Positions 11,970-21,893 of a stretch of DNA of 64,000 nt are shown piece after piece (the first letter of the stretch is position 1; the number at the start of each line of letters is the position of its first letter). A program made the position numbers and the translations under genes. Below the pieces are notes generated by a model. The model did no database searches, was not told where the DNA came from, and saw only the letters and a list, made by a program, of their open reading frames with translations. This stretch comes from an uncultured Verrucomicrobiae bacterium (GTDB taxonomy: Bacteria > Verrucomicrobiota > Verrucomicrobiia > Chthoniobacterales > JAFAMB01): contig CAVXLD010000001.1 in the NCBI GenBank assembly GCA_963762565.1, positions 1,376,001 through 1,440,000 on the forward strand. Direction: 5' to 3'.

Positions 11970-12728
11970 TCAGATCCTCAGCATCTTTCGCCGGTATTCT
12001 TCATCCTGGCGATTCTCGATCCGTTCGATCTCTGTGGCCGGTAGATGCCGGAGACCGCCCAGTAAATGGGCGCCGCTGAAAATCTCGGCCGCTTTTACCG
12101 TCATTAACATTGCGGCTCGCACCGCTTGGGCGGACGAACCTATGGTGATGACTCCATGATTCCGTAGCAAGATCACCCGAGGCAATCTGCCGTGCGTTCG
12201 GCGGAATTCCTCCACATCTTTGCGGATCCGCTTAGCTAAAGCCAGACCCGGATCAACGTAGGGAATCAGCAACGATATTGGTCCACAACAGACGATTTCA
12301 TCCGGGCATTGCCGATTTTCGCTGAAGGTTCTGGCCAATCCGGAGCAAAGAATTCGATTAACTTGGATCGGGTGAGCGTGACCGACGAAATTAATTTCCG
12401 GCAGACTCAGCAAGTAAGCATGGAAAAATGTCTCCACCGAGGGTTTGAAAGCGGCCGAATGGCTACGGCACTCTAGCAAACAGGTCTCGACCTCAGTATC
12501 CGACACGTCATCCCGGTCCATCAATGCGAGCAACCGCTCAAACCGGCAAAGAGTTAACTGGTTGGCAGTCAAGGTTTGCAGACTACTACCGCTGGATTTG
12601 ACGAAGAACGTCTGCTCATCGACGCGACAGGATGTATTCCCTTCGCCCAGGATAACGAGACCGCTCTCCCCAAACTCGTGAGAAAGGGCTAACAGCTCTG
12701 GCAGAACTGCCGATTGATCAAATGACAT
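11970..12728 (-). CDS. Class II aldolase/adducin family protein
   Basis: GEGNTS, KSSGS, PSVETFFH, HAH and LRNHGV zinc-ligand pattern; start taken as ATG 12728. Confidence 0.88.
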   Translation of the reverse strand: MSFDQSAVLPELLALSHEFGESGLVILGEGNTSCRVDEQTFFVKSSGSSLQTLTANQLTLCRFERLLALMDRDDVSDTEVETCLLECRSHSAAFKPSVETFFHAYLLSLPEINFVGHAHPIQVNRILCSGLARTFSENRQCPDEIVCCGPISLLIPYVDPGLALAKRIRKDVEEFRRTHGRLPRVILLRNHGVITIGSSAQAVRAAMLMTVKAAEIFSGAHLLGGLRHLPATEIERIENRQDEEYRRKMLRI

Positions 12729-12777
12729 CTGGTGTACCGTGTCGCCCAGGAGTTCGAGGAGTTCAAGGGACAGGAGT

Positions 12778-13048
12778 GGTAGGGCGGGGCTCAGGAAAAG
12801 GTCTCTTTTGGTGGGGCGAGGCTCCCGAAATGCCAATCAATTCTCCCAGAGCAGAGCGCATAGACGCTAACCTTTGGATCAGCAACGCCCAGAGGTGCGC
12901 CGAGCCGTGGCCCACGATAGACCACGGCTCGGCGCGTTTAATGGTGTGACCACGCTGTCCAGCGGGAAGCACCACAGACTTCGTCTTAACTATGGGTTTT
13001 TCGGGAGCCTCGCCCCACCAAAATCCTATTCCGGAGCCTCGCCCTACC
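12778..13048. repeat. Palindromic element family A, nested double copy (inner element 12810-13019)
   Basis: Outer GGTAGGGCGGGGCTC / GGAGCCTCGCCCTACC encloses inner GGTGGGGCGAGGCTCCCGAA...GCCGAGCCG...CGGCTCGGC...TTCGGGAGCCTCGCCCCACC. Confidence 0.92.
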
Positions 13049-13050
13049 AG

Positions 13051-14649
13051 CTAGAATTCTCCGCAGAAGTGCACTTTCAGACCTAGCTCAGACATAACAG
13101 CAGCCTTGGCAAACATGGCCGTGCGAGCACTGCCTCGATCATTGGCGTAGGCTACCTGGATATGATTGGATTTGTGCCGAGCCATCATTTGATCTCGCGT
13201 TATTCCGTGGAGCACGGCATGCATAATAGGCCATTGCGGGGTGGTTAACGCCCAGCGTTCCTGAGTTTCTTTTTCTGGCAATTTCACCACCTCACCAATC
13301 CCGGTATCAAAGCAAAGATCGCCGTCATCGATAAAAATCCGGCTCCAAACGGTCCAGCCTGGCTTACTGACGCCTTTGCAAGTTCCACCGCCCAAACGGA
13401 AATACATGGGAGGCTGCCGTTCGCTGGAGGTACCCCCGTAACCATTAATGAAGTGATTAGGTGGTGCACCGCCACTGATCAAGAACACCCATACGTAGGC
13501 GTCCAATTTATCATCTTGATATTGCCGGCCCCAGCGCAGGTCGTGCAACGTGGTCTCCGGCGGCAGTTTCAACTCGTTCCATACTTCTTTCGTAATTAAG
13601 GCGTCGAGTCCGGCGCATTCATCCACCTCGTTGAAATGAGGCAACGGTTGCCCGGCATAAAGCTCTTGGCCGGTGACTTCATCGTAAACCGGTGGCCGGT
13701 CGCTGTTATTCAAAAGCCCTTCCACCAGGTCGGACGCCGGAGTCAGATCCTTCAGTCCCTGTTGGTATTGGATGCCGATAGCCGCGCAGCCGAACTCGGA
13801 CGCTATCCGGGTCGCGGCCACATACATCTTACACTGTTGCAATACCTGAGATTCAGTCAGGTCAGTTTCCTCGTTGGGGCCGTAGTTAAACTTGACTCCT
13901 TTTTTAACCAACCAGTCGTACACTCGGTGCGCTTCTTCATCCGGGATAGTTAACATCCTGGCGTAGAGCGTCGATTGGCTAAGTCGCTCTTTGAAAATTC
14001 CCAGCGGGCTCAGCAGTTCATCAGGAATAATGGCGTTGTACATCCCCATGCAGCCTTCATCGAACACACCCAAGATGTACTGTTGTTCGCGGATGGAAGT
14101 GGCTAACCGTTCTCCCAGTCTTCTGGGCTCACCCGGGATCTTCACTTCCTTGAATTTCATTACGTGGGAAGTGTCATGATTGACCTTATCTGAGGCTAAC
14201 CATTGCCTTAGCTTTTTGACGAAAAATTTATCTCGAAATTCTTCACTCCATAGGCTGCTGTACTTGATCCCAGCCTTGGTCAGCCCACCGTTGAGATTTA
14301 GCAGGCCAACTAAGCCAGGCCAAGTACCGCTCCAGTTGGCTACGGTCAGCTTTGTTCCCTGGTGCGCAAAAAGGCCCGGCAAAATGTGTTGGCTATATTG
14401 CCAGACAGACTCCGCCACGACGACCGGCGCATCTTTCGGAATAGTCCGAAACACCTGCATCCCCATTTTCTGGCTATCGATAAAGCCGTGACCCTTCTTC
14501 TGATCGAAGGGGTGGGCGCGCTTGACTGAGAACCCCTCTTTTTGGATGGCCTCTACGAGCGCTTTTTCCATCGCCGCTTGGGCCGGTTCGCACTTCTGAT
14601 TTGCCGAAAGGCGAAGGTCGCCGTTGGCGACTAGATACACTGTATTCAT
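13051..14649 (-). CDS. L-fucose/L-arabinose isomerase-like protein
   Basis: 532 aa; NWSGTWPGLVG, GCMGM, GIQYQ, NEVDE and a C-terminal NH-QVAY pattern resembling FucI-family isomerases; adjacent to an aldolase and a kinase. Confidence 0.75.
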   Translation of the reverse strand: MNTVYLVANGDLRLSANQKCEPAQAAMEKALVEAIQKEGFSVKRAHPFDQKKGHGFIDSQKMGMQVFRTIPKDAPVVVAESVWQYSQHILPGLFAHQGTKLTVANWSGTWPGLVGLLNLNGGLTKAGIKYSSLWSEEFRDKFFVKKLRQWLASDKVNHDTSHVMKFKEVKIPGEPRRLGERLATSIREQQYILGVFDEGCMGMYNAIIPDELLSPLGIFKERLSQSTLYARMLTIPDEEAHRVYDWLVKKGVKFNYGPNEETDLTESQVLQQCKMYVAATRIASEFGCAAIGIQYQQGLKDLTPASDLVEGLLNNSDRPPVYDEVTGQELYAGQPLPHFNEVDECAGLDALITKEVWNELKLPPETTLHDLRWGRQYQDDKLDAYVWVFLISGGAPPNHFINGYGGTSSERQPPMYFRLGGGTCKGVSKPGWTVWSRIFIDDGDLCFDTGIGEVVKLPEKETQERWALTTPQWPIMHAVLHGITRDQMMARHKSNHIQVAYANDRGSARTAMFAKAAVMSELGLKVHFCGEF

Positions 14650-14867
14650 AAATGCTGATACACGCTCACACGCATCTGGTTGAGACTAGGCATGTCTGAA
14701 TGGCACGACCGGGAGACGACCATGTGCCGACCTTGGCTGCATAGGGGGACTGACCTCCACGGTGAGTAACTCGCCCCTTAGTAAACACATTGCAGGGAGA
14801 TTCGTCCAGTGAGCGGAACTAATTTTTTAATGAACCCGCTGGAACAAGGCTCTCGATGATCTCTATT

Positions 14868-15078
14868 GGTGGGGCGAGGCTCCCGAAATGCCAAACGACT
14901 CTCCCAGAGCAGCTTGCGGGGACACCAACCCATCGATCCACAAGGCCGATACGTGCGGCGAGCCGTGGCCCACGATAGACCACGGCTCGGCGCGTTTAAT
15001 GGTGTAATTAACCTAGTCGGCCGCAAGGAGCACGAACTTTCGACCTAACCATGGATTGTTCGGGAGCCTCGCCCCACC
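14868..15078. repeat. Palindromic element family A
   Basis: Same four boxes; 47-nt core identical to the copy at 12810-13019. Confidence 0.92.
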
Positions 15079-15102
15079 AAAACAATCGCCTCTACCAGGC
15101 CC

Positions 15103-15633
15103 TTACCATGTCCTAAACTGGCTAACGACCGCGTACACCAAAAGAGACGAGAGCAGGATTGCCAGTGCGAAACTGCCGCCGATGATTCCGAAAACGAATA
15201 TCCAATCTCCTCGGGTGACGGGGTTACCTTGACCCGCATATTTCTGGAGCAACCGGTAATTTTGCTGATTCGCTTTGAAAATAAAAGTCACGAAATCTCC
15301 GATGACGGGGATTCCTTGAAAAAGAGCATTCAACAATACGTTCAGACCCATCCGGGCCAAAACGATCTTGGGTAGACGGTGCTTTACACTACGTAAAAGA
15401 ACCGAAGCGGAGATTACCGCATCGATCTGGTCGCCGACCACCGGGATAAAGCCGATGAGCGGGTTAGCGCCAAACCGGAATTTCGTCCCTGGCACCCGGA
15501 ACAGAGAATCCATGACATGAGCGACCCCGCCGATGGCGGCGTCAATCTCGGTGGTGCCGTGATGCTTACGATCAGCCGGCAAAACTTCGCATTCGACTTC
15601 TTCTACGTCCGTTTTTTGGTGCGGCGCTTTCAC
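15103..15633 (-). CDS. DUF4112-family membrane protein
   Basis: MDSLFRVPGTKFRFGANPLIGFIPVVGD...IPVIGD..FKAN..N pattern; GTG start. Confidence 0.85.
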   Translation of the reverse strand: MKAPHQKTDVEEVECEVLPADRKHHGTTEIDAAIGGVAHVMDSLFRVPGTKFRFGANPLIGFIPVVGDQIDAVISASVLLRSVKHRLPKIVLARMGLNVLLNALFQGIPVIGDFVTFIFKANQQNYRLLQKYAGQGNPVTRGDWIFVFGIIGGSFALAILLSSLLVYAVVSQFRTW

Positions 15634-15699
15634 GGCCTACGCGAAACTACACCGGAATGGAGCTTCGCGGTAAGGAGAAAAATTCGTTCGGCTTTCGCC

Positions 15700-17175
15700 C
15701 TACCCCGGAATCTCCCGCAGCATCTGGGCGTTAGTCGGGAATTTCTTCAAAAACGAAAGCAGGCGTTCGATGGCTTCGACTGGCCGATGGCCGGCCAAGC
15801 CTCGCCGGATCGTATTGATCTTCTCCAGGTCGTTAGCCGGGATCAATAATTCTTCTCGCCGAGTACCAGACTTGAAAATATCTATGGCTGGGTACACCCG
15901 CTGATCGCTGACCTGGCGGTCCAAAACCATCTCCATATTTCCAGTACCTTTGAACTCCTGGAAGATGAGCTCATCCATCTTGGAACCGGTCTCAATCAAC
16001 GCCGTGGCCATAATGGTAAGCGAACCCGCTTCTTCGGTGTTTCGAGCTGCAGCGAATAGTTTCCGTGGGATTTCCATGGCTCTTGCATCCATACCGCCGC
16101 TCATGGTGCGTCCGCTGTTCGACATCGCGTTGTTAAAGGCGCGACCGATTCGGGTCAACGAATCCATCAACACGAACGCATCTTTGCCGGCTTCCACCAA
16201 ACGCTTGGCCCGCTCGATGGCCAGCTGTGCGATCCGGGTATGGCTTTTGATATCGCTATCATTCGAGCTGGCCATGATATCCGCTTGCGGGACTGTTCGC
16301 CGGATCTCGGTCACTTCCTCTGGGCGCTCGTCGACCAGCAAAATAATCAGATAAACTTCCGGATGATTCCGCACAACCGCGTCCGCGATATGCTGAAGGA
16401 GCGTGGTTTTTCCTGTGCGGGGCGGCGCCACGATGAGTCCGCGCTGGCCTTTACCCACCGGGGTCATCAGGTCCATTACTCGGGTGGTATAACGATCCGG
16501 AACCGTTTCTAACCGAATCCGGCTCTTCGGATTCAGCGAGGTTAGCTCTTCAAATACCGGCAAATTCCGGTATCGGTCCGGGTGTTCTTCGTTGATTTCG
16601 GTTAGCCTAAAAAGCTGCGACCCACGGCTACCGCGCCGAATCTCACCTTTTATCCACAAGCCATCTCGTAAGGCATGTTTTCTAACCACTTCCGGGGTTA
16701 CAAAAATGTCTTGGGGAGATTGAACATAATTTCTCTTAGGATCACGCAAGAACCCGAATCCTTTGCCAGAGACTTCGATTAAGCCCTCGCCATAGACCGG
16801 TTCCGGTCGCGTCGGTTCGGTAATCGTCGCCGCCTCTGGCTGAACATTTTCTCTACCATTGTCACCGCTGATGGATGCCGGTTCCGCACTCCGTTCAATT
16901 ATCGGGGTAGGATCGGATTTAGCTTCGGTAACCACTGTATCCACTCGCGGAGCGGTTTGATGGTTACGGGGAGATTCCGGGGAGGCTTCTACCGGGGCCA
17001 GATTCAACTCGGCCTCCTGATTCTTGGCTACCGGTTTCTTGACCCGCCTAGCACCAGTCTTGCCGCTGGTTGTCTTCTTGTTAGTCGCCGCGGCCGCTGC
17101 TCGAGCCCGTTTCACCTTTTTCTCGGGTGTAACTTCCTCACTAACGACTGCCGACTGCTCATCTAAGTCTGCCAT
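15700..17175 (-). CDS. rho: Transcription termination factor Rho with a low-complexity N-terminal extension
   Basis: GFGFLR, PVGKGQRGLIVAPPRTGKT, DERPEEVT, IFQEFKGTGNME, SGTRREELL. Confidence 0.97.
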   Translation of the reverse strand: MADLDEQSAVVSEEVTPEKKVKRARAAAAATNKKTTSGKTGARRVKKPVAKNQEAELNLAPVEASPESPRNHQTAPRVDTVVTEAKSDPTPIIERSAEPASISGDNGRENVQPEAATITEPTRPEPVYGEGLIEVSGKGFGFLRDPKRNYVQSPQDIFVTPEVVRKHALRDGLWIKGEIRRGSRGSQLFRLTEINEEHPDRYRNLPVFEELTSLNPKSRIRLETVPDRYTTRVMDLMTPVGKGQRGLIVAPPRTGKTTLLQHIADAVVRNHPEVYLIILLVDERPEEVTEIRRTVPQADIMASSNDSDIKSHTRIAQLAIERAKRLVEAGKDAFVLMDSLTRIGRAFNNAMSNSGRTMSGGMDARAMEIPRKLFAAARNTEEAGSLTIMATALIETGSKMDELIFQEFKGTGNMEMVLDRQVSDQRVYPAIDIFKSGTRREELLIPANDLEKINTIRRGLAGHRPVEAIERLLSFLKKFPTNAQMLREIPG

Positions 17176-17224
17176 AACATCCAACGAAATTTTCCTTAAT
17201 TCAGTTCTAAATCGAGTCTAACTC

Positions 17225-17974
17225 TTAGTCCGCCAGCTTGGTTGCTAACTCCTCGGAGATATCGAAATTGCCGTGTACATTTTGAACATCATCATTCTCT
17301 TCTAGCGTTTCACAGAGACGAATAATTTGTTCGGCCAGAGCCTGCTCATGAATGGTGACGGTAGTTTCAGGAACGAAAGTTAGTTTTTGTGAATCGATCG
17401 GTATAGCGTTTTGCCGGATCGCTTCTCCGACCGTATAAAGGTGATCTGGTGAAGTCGTGACGATATGAAATTCATCGTCTGAGGCCAAATCTTCTGCGCC
17501 GGCCTCAAGCACAATTTCCAACAAACGATCTTCTTCGGCCGACTCCTTTGGCACAGTGAGTTGACCTTTCCTTTTGAACAAATAAGCGACGGCTCCGGAG
17601 GCTGCCAGGTTTCCGTGATTCTTACTAAAAATACTGCGAATATCCTGTGCTGTCCGATTTTTATTATCGGTTGCCGCCTCTACTAGGAGAGCCAGACCGC
17701 CGGGGCCGTAACCTTCATAGACCAGTTCCTCGACCATTCCGCCGCCAATTTCGCCGGTTCCCTTCTTGATCGCTCGTTCTATCGTGTCATTAGGCATGTT
17801 TTGGGCGCGAGCGGCTAGCACCGCCGATCTCAGGCGCGGATTCAAATCGATACCGCCGCCCGTTCGAGCAGCTACCATGATTTCTTTTGAGAGTTTGCTA
17901 AAAAGTTTGCCGCGTTTCGCGTCGAGAGCGCCCTTAAAGCGCTTAACTTTAGACCACTTGCTATGACCCGCCAT
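17225..17974 (-). CDS. yebC: YebC/PmpR family protein
   Basis: MAGHSKW, NPRLR, YEGYGPGG, TDNKNRT, DDVQNVHGN. Confidence 0.96.
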   Translation of the reverse strand: MAGHSKWSKVKRFKGALDAKRGKLFSKLSKEIMVAARTGGGIDLNPRLRSAVLAARAQNMPNDTIERAIKKGTGEIGGGMVEELVYEGYGPGGLALLVEAATDNKNRTAQDIRSIFSKNHGNLAASGAVAYLFKRKGQLTVPKESAEEDRLLEIVLEAGAEDLASDDEFHIVTTSPDHLYTVGEAIRQNAIPIDSQKLTFVPETTVTIHEQALAEQIIRLCETLEENDDVQNVHGNFDISEELATKLAD

Positions 17975-18148
17975 AGATTCGGGCAAAAATAGATTGAGGA
18001 CAGGGTTAAAAAGGTTCAGCAATTCCGCGCCTCTGACCGATGAGGAGACAACAGCCTGGTGAAAAAACGCCGGCTGGCGCGTTAATCTGCGATGCGACAT
18101 ACAACCCTATGCCCGCGGCTTTGTCAAGAGCGCTGGCTTCGCCACCAA

Positions 18149-18313
18149 ATCGTACTCGTCCATTCGTCGTCGTCCTCGAGGCCCGAGGCCGAGGGACGCT
18201 CCAGCACAAGTCAACCACGCCGAATTCAATCTTTCCGCCGTCGAACGAGAGGCCTCTGTAGAGCCAAGCCAAGCCTTCGAGGACGAGGACGACGACGAAG
18301 GACGAGTACGATT
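18149..18313. repeat. Inverted pair of (TCGTCC/TCGTCG)n repeats
   Basis: aatcgtactcgtccattcgtcgtcgtcctcga ... tcgaggacgaggacgacgacgaaggacgagtacgatt; same family at 4728, 5170 and 8910. Confidence 0.85.
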
Positions 18314-18325
18314 TATCGCGGCCGG

Positions 18326-20146
18326 CTAGACTGCTACTTTCTGGGGGCTAGCAGCCCGTTTCCGGGCGATCGACTGCAAAATCTTCTTTCGTAACCGAAG
18401 ATTTCTCGGGGTTACTTCCACGAACTCGTCCTGGGTAATGTACTCGAGAGCGCGCTCTAAGCTCATCTTTAAAGGCGGCGCCAGCTGAATGCCTTTTCCG
18501 TCCCCTTGGCTTCGCATATTGGTGAGATGCTTTGCTTTACAAGGATTAACGGTCAAATCGTCGGGTCGAGCGTTTTCCCCTACGATCATTCCCTCGTACA
18601 CTTCTTCTTGTGGACCGATAAAGAGCCTGCCTCGCTCCTGAACGTTATTGAGGGCGTAGGCGGTCGATCCCCCTCCTTCCATTGCCACCAATACACCGTT
18701 TGACCGGCTGGAGATTTCTCCCTTGTATGACCCGTATTCCTTGAAGATATGGCTCATTGAGCCGAGACCGCGTGTAATATTCACCAGGTCTGTCTCGAAA
18801 CCGATCAACCCCCGCGTCGGAATCACGACCTCGACCAGAACGCTGTGCGGGTGATGGCTCATATTGACGATTTCAGCTTTCCTGCCCGCCAACGACTGGA
18901 GAATGTCGCCTAAGTTGTCATTTGGTACGTCGACGTACAGCGTCTCCAAAGGCTCAAGGAGCTCGCCTTGAGCGTTCCGGTGGTAGATGACTTCCGGACG
19001 CGACACCAGCAATTCAAAGCCTTCGCGGCGCATTTGCTCAACCAGGATCGCGATCTGCATCTCGCCTCGCGCGCTCACGGTGAAAACTCCGGCCACCTCA
19101 GTTTCCTCAAATTGCAAAGACACATTGGTCCGGCACTCGCGCACCAAGCGCTCTTTGATGTGGCGAGCCGTCAGGAATTTTCCCTCTCTACCGGCTAACG
19201 GCGAATCGTTAACCACGAAATTCATTTGGATCGTAGGAGGATCGATGTCCATAAACTCGACGGCTGGGCGTTCTTCCTTATCGGTAATGGTTTCACCGAT
19301 CGCTACCTCTTCAAAGCCAGCCAACCCGATAATATCGCCGGCGCCCGCATGTTTTATCTCAACCCGTTCCAAGCCTTCATGGCCGAACAACGCGGTCACA
19401 GTAGCGCGCTCCCGGCGGCCGTCCTTGTGGATCAGAACCGAGGAATCGCCAACCGAGATCCGGCCGCTAATAATCCGGCCAAAGGCAAGACGGCCCAGGT
19501 AATCGCTGTAATCCAGATTCGAGACCGGCATTTGGAAATAGGTCTCTTTCGCCACTGGTGGAGGCGGGATCTGTTTGATGATCGCCTCGAACAGAGGCTC
19601 CATATCCTTATGGGGCTCTTCAATATCGCGAATGGCGTATCCCTCCTTCGCGCTGGCGTAAATCACCGGGAAATCAAGCTGCTCATCGGTGGCGTTTAGC
19701 TCGACGAAAAGATCGAAGACCATGTCCAACACTTTGTGTGGGCGCGCGTTTTCTCGATCGATCTTATTGATCACCACGATGGGCTGGGCATGGTTCTGCA
19801 GTGCCTTACGCAACACAAATTTTGTTTGTGCTTGCGGTCCATCATGAGAATCGACCACTAAAAGCACGCCATCAACCATCTTCATGATGCGTTCGACCTC
19901 GCCCCCAAAATCCGCGTGGCCGGGCGTATCCACAATATTGACGTGATAGCCGTGGTACCTGAACGCCGCGTTCTTGGCCTTGATGGTGATGCCTTTTTCG
20001 CGCTCGAGATCCATCGAGTCCATGACTCGTTCCTCGACCTTTTGGTTGGCGCGAAAGGTGCCCGATTGCCGAAGCAATTGATCAACTAAAGTGGTTTTAC
20101 CGTGATCAACGTGCGCAATAATTGCGATGTTCCGAATCTTATCCAT
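18326..20146 (-). CDS. typA: Translational GTPase TypA/BipA
   Basis: IRNIAIIAHVDHGKTT, EREKGITI, DTPGHADFGGEVER, NKID, YEGMIVGEN, EVTP. Confidence 0.98.
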   Translation of the reverse strand: MDKIRNIAIIAHVDHGKTTLVDQLLRQSGTFRANQKVEERVMDSMDLEREKGITIKAKNAAFRYHGYHVNIVDTPGHADFGGEVERIMKMVDGVLLVVDSHDGPQAQTKFVLRKALQNHAQPIVVINKIDRENARPHKVLDMVFDLFVELNATDEQLDFPVIYASAKEGYAIRDIEEPHKDMEPLFEAIIKQIPPPPVAKETYFQMPVSNLDYSDYLGRLAFGRIISGRISVGDSSVLIHKDGRRERATVTALFGHEGLERVEIKHAGAGDIIGLAGFEEVAIGETITDKEERPAVEFMDIDPPTIQMNFVVNDSPLAGREGKFLTARHIKERLVRECRTNVSLQFEETEVAGVFTVSARGEMQIAILVEQMRREGFELLVSRPEVIYHRNAQGELLEPLETLYVDVPNDNLGDILQSLAGRKAEIVNMSHHPHSVLVEVVIPTRGLIGFETDLVNITRGLGSMSHIFKEYGSYKGEISSRSNGVLVAMEGGGSTAYALNNVQERGRLFIGPQEEVYEGMIVGENARPDDLTVNPCKAKHLTNMRSQGDGKGIQLAPPLKMSLERALEYITQDEFVEVTPRNLRLRKKILQSIARKRAASPQKVAV

Positions 20147-20229
20147 AGTCCCCCCCGGGAGTGGGGAAGATGATCGTAGAGGAGGCTCTCGTCAATGGGC
20201 TTCATCAGCGCCCTCCTTAAGATGACACA

Positions 20230-21123
20230 TCATACCATGAGTTCAGTGATTGAGCGCATCCCCAGTGACGGTTCTTCGGTATCAACCACCAAGCCGCGAG
20301 GCGCGCCGTAATCAGACCCGACGTTGACTCCAGCAAAGCCGCTCAAATCGAGAGGTCCTGCCGCCCGATGGGTGTGCCCGCACACTAAACCAGCGATTCG
20401 GGTCGAATAAGGTCGCAACATTTCGCCCATCGCCCGGTTGCCCAAATACGCTCGGAAAAAGGCGCGAATCGGCGGGTTTTCCGGGTCAAGCATCGAGGAA
20501 TCCGGAATCCCCAAAAGCTCTTCAAACGGGGGAGTATGCAGCGTTATAAAAATCCGGGCAGAATCCGTTGCCAAGATCCTGGCTTGGACAGCTTCCACCT
20601 GCGCATGAGCAACTGTGAGAACATCCGCTGACCTTGGCATCCAATCGAAGTCGCGCCAACGAAGTGTCGTATCGATCGGCGGCCGGCCACGTAAATAATG
20701 GTCGCGGGTGACAATTTTCCCCTCGTAGCGTAGCTCGGGAACGGCGAAACCGAGATCGTAATGGCCGTAGCCTCCCACGAATACTAGTTCCTCAAAGCAG
20801 AAATTCTCTTGGTCCAGCAGCGTCACGTCGTATCGCTGGGCTGGAGTTTGCCAGAACTGTTCCAAGGTCGCTCCCAAGGTTCTACACCCAGCAGCGGCGC
20901 CACCCCAGAAATCATGGTTACCAAGCACAACGATGATGGGCCCATGAGGAAAAAGGCGGCGAAGTTCGCACAGGGCCGTATCCGCCTCAGCCGCCACCGC
21001 TAGATCTCCTGCGATCAGCAGTGCGTCAGGGCCCGCCTCCCGCACCCATCGGGCGAGCGTGGCAAGCACGATCGGGCGCCAGACCCGGACGAGGTGGAGA
21101 TCAGCGGTAACCAGCAGCTTCAT
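20230..21123 (-). CDS. Calcineurin-like metallophosphoesterase
   Basis: ADLH, AGD, GNHD, H-TPP and GHTH motifs. Confidence 0.88.
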   Translation of the reverse strand: MKLLVTADLHLVRVWRPIVLATLARWVREAGPDALLIAGDLAVAAEADTALCELRRLFPHGPIIVVLGNHDFWGGAAAGCRTLGATLEQFWQTPAQRYDVTLLDQENFCFEELVFVGGYGHYDLGFAVPELRYEGKIVTRDHYLRGRPPIDTTLRWRDFDWMPRSADVLTVAHAQVEAVQARILATDSARIFITLHTPPFEELLGIPDSSMLDPENPPIRAFFRAYLGNRAMGEMLRPYSTRIAGLVCGHTHRAAGPLDLSGFAGVNVGSDYGAPRGLVVDTEEPSLGMRSITELMV

Positions 21124-21129
21124 TGTGAA

Positions 21130-21263
21130 TAATAGCCGATCGCCAATAGCCGATCGCCAATAAAACTATTCCCCGAGCAACTTCTACCCATCGAATTCAT
21201 TTCGTGGCGCAGGCCGAGCGCCATTTTTCTCGCTTTGCGCATTGGCTATCGGCTATTGGCTAT
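21130..21263. repeat. Inverted pair of heptamer repeats (AATAGCC/GATCGCC)n
   Basis: aatagccgatcgccaatagccgatcgccaata ... attggctatcggctattggcta; the right block contains the rdgB stop codon. Confidence 0.85.
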
Positions 21264-21847
21264 TCGTTCTGTAAGAACGCCACCGCTTGCGCGAGTGCCC
21301 GGGCGCGATGGCTGAGAGTGTTTTTTATTTCACTCGGCAATTCCGCGAAGGTCTGATTGTAGCCGGCCGGGATGAACATCGAATCGTAGCCGAATCCCTG
21401 GTCGCCACGCTCGAAAGCGACCACGATTCCCTCCACCGTACCCGAAAACGAGCCCAGTATCTCGCCGTTGCTGGCCAGAACCATCTCACATTGAAAACGA
21501 GCCGGGAATTCTTGAGCTGGTAGCGTCTTCAACCGCCCGATGAGCTTTTGGCGGTTCTGCGCGTCTGTGGCTCCTTCGCCCGCGAATCGCGCGGAATACG
21601 CCCCTGGCTCTCCATTCAACGCATCGACGGTCAAACCGGAATCATCAGCTAAAACCAGGTCTGAAAACGCCTCAGAGATAGCGACCGCCTTCAGAGCCGC
21701 GTTCTCAGCGAAAGTTGAACCGGTTTCATCTACTTTGGGCGCGTTTGCCATGGCGGTGAGATCGCGAACCTCCCACGCGGGACCCAACATTTGACCGATT
21801 TCCTTTGTCTTATGTGTGTTCCAGGTTGCAACTAAAAGTGTTTGCAT
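21260..21847 (-). CDS. rdgB: Non-canonical purine NTP pyrophosphatase (RdgB/HAM1)
   Basis: ATWNTHK, ETGSTFAENA, ADDSGL, GFGYD, SHRARA. Confidence 0.95.
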   Translation of the reverse strand: MQTLLVATWNTHKTKEIGQMLGPAWEVRDLTAMANAPKVDETGSTFAENAALKAVAISEAFSDLVLADDSGLTVDALNGEPGAYSARFAGEGATDAQNRQKLIGRLKTLPAQEFPARFQCEMVLASNGEILGSFSGTVEGIVVAFERGDQGFGYDSMFIPAGYNQTFAELPSEIKNTLSHRARALAQAVAFLQNE

Positions 21848-21893
21848 CGTGACATGACACCCCGAAAGTTGCTCCTCCCGGGTCACAAAACAA

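Noticed and set aside
10707..12836. Long N-terminal extensions in ORF-track calls (PfkB 10707, aldolase 12836; likewise yebC 18100, YfcE 35857, MBL 35748)
   Set aside because: The extensions run through repeat or intergenic DNA; family-typical N-termini begin at downstream starts.
14650..14860. Leader upstream of the isomerase as a riboswitch
   Set aside because: No recognisable riboswitch consensus or terminator by eye; an Rfam scan would be needed.
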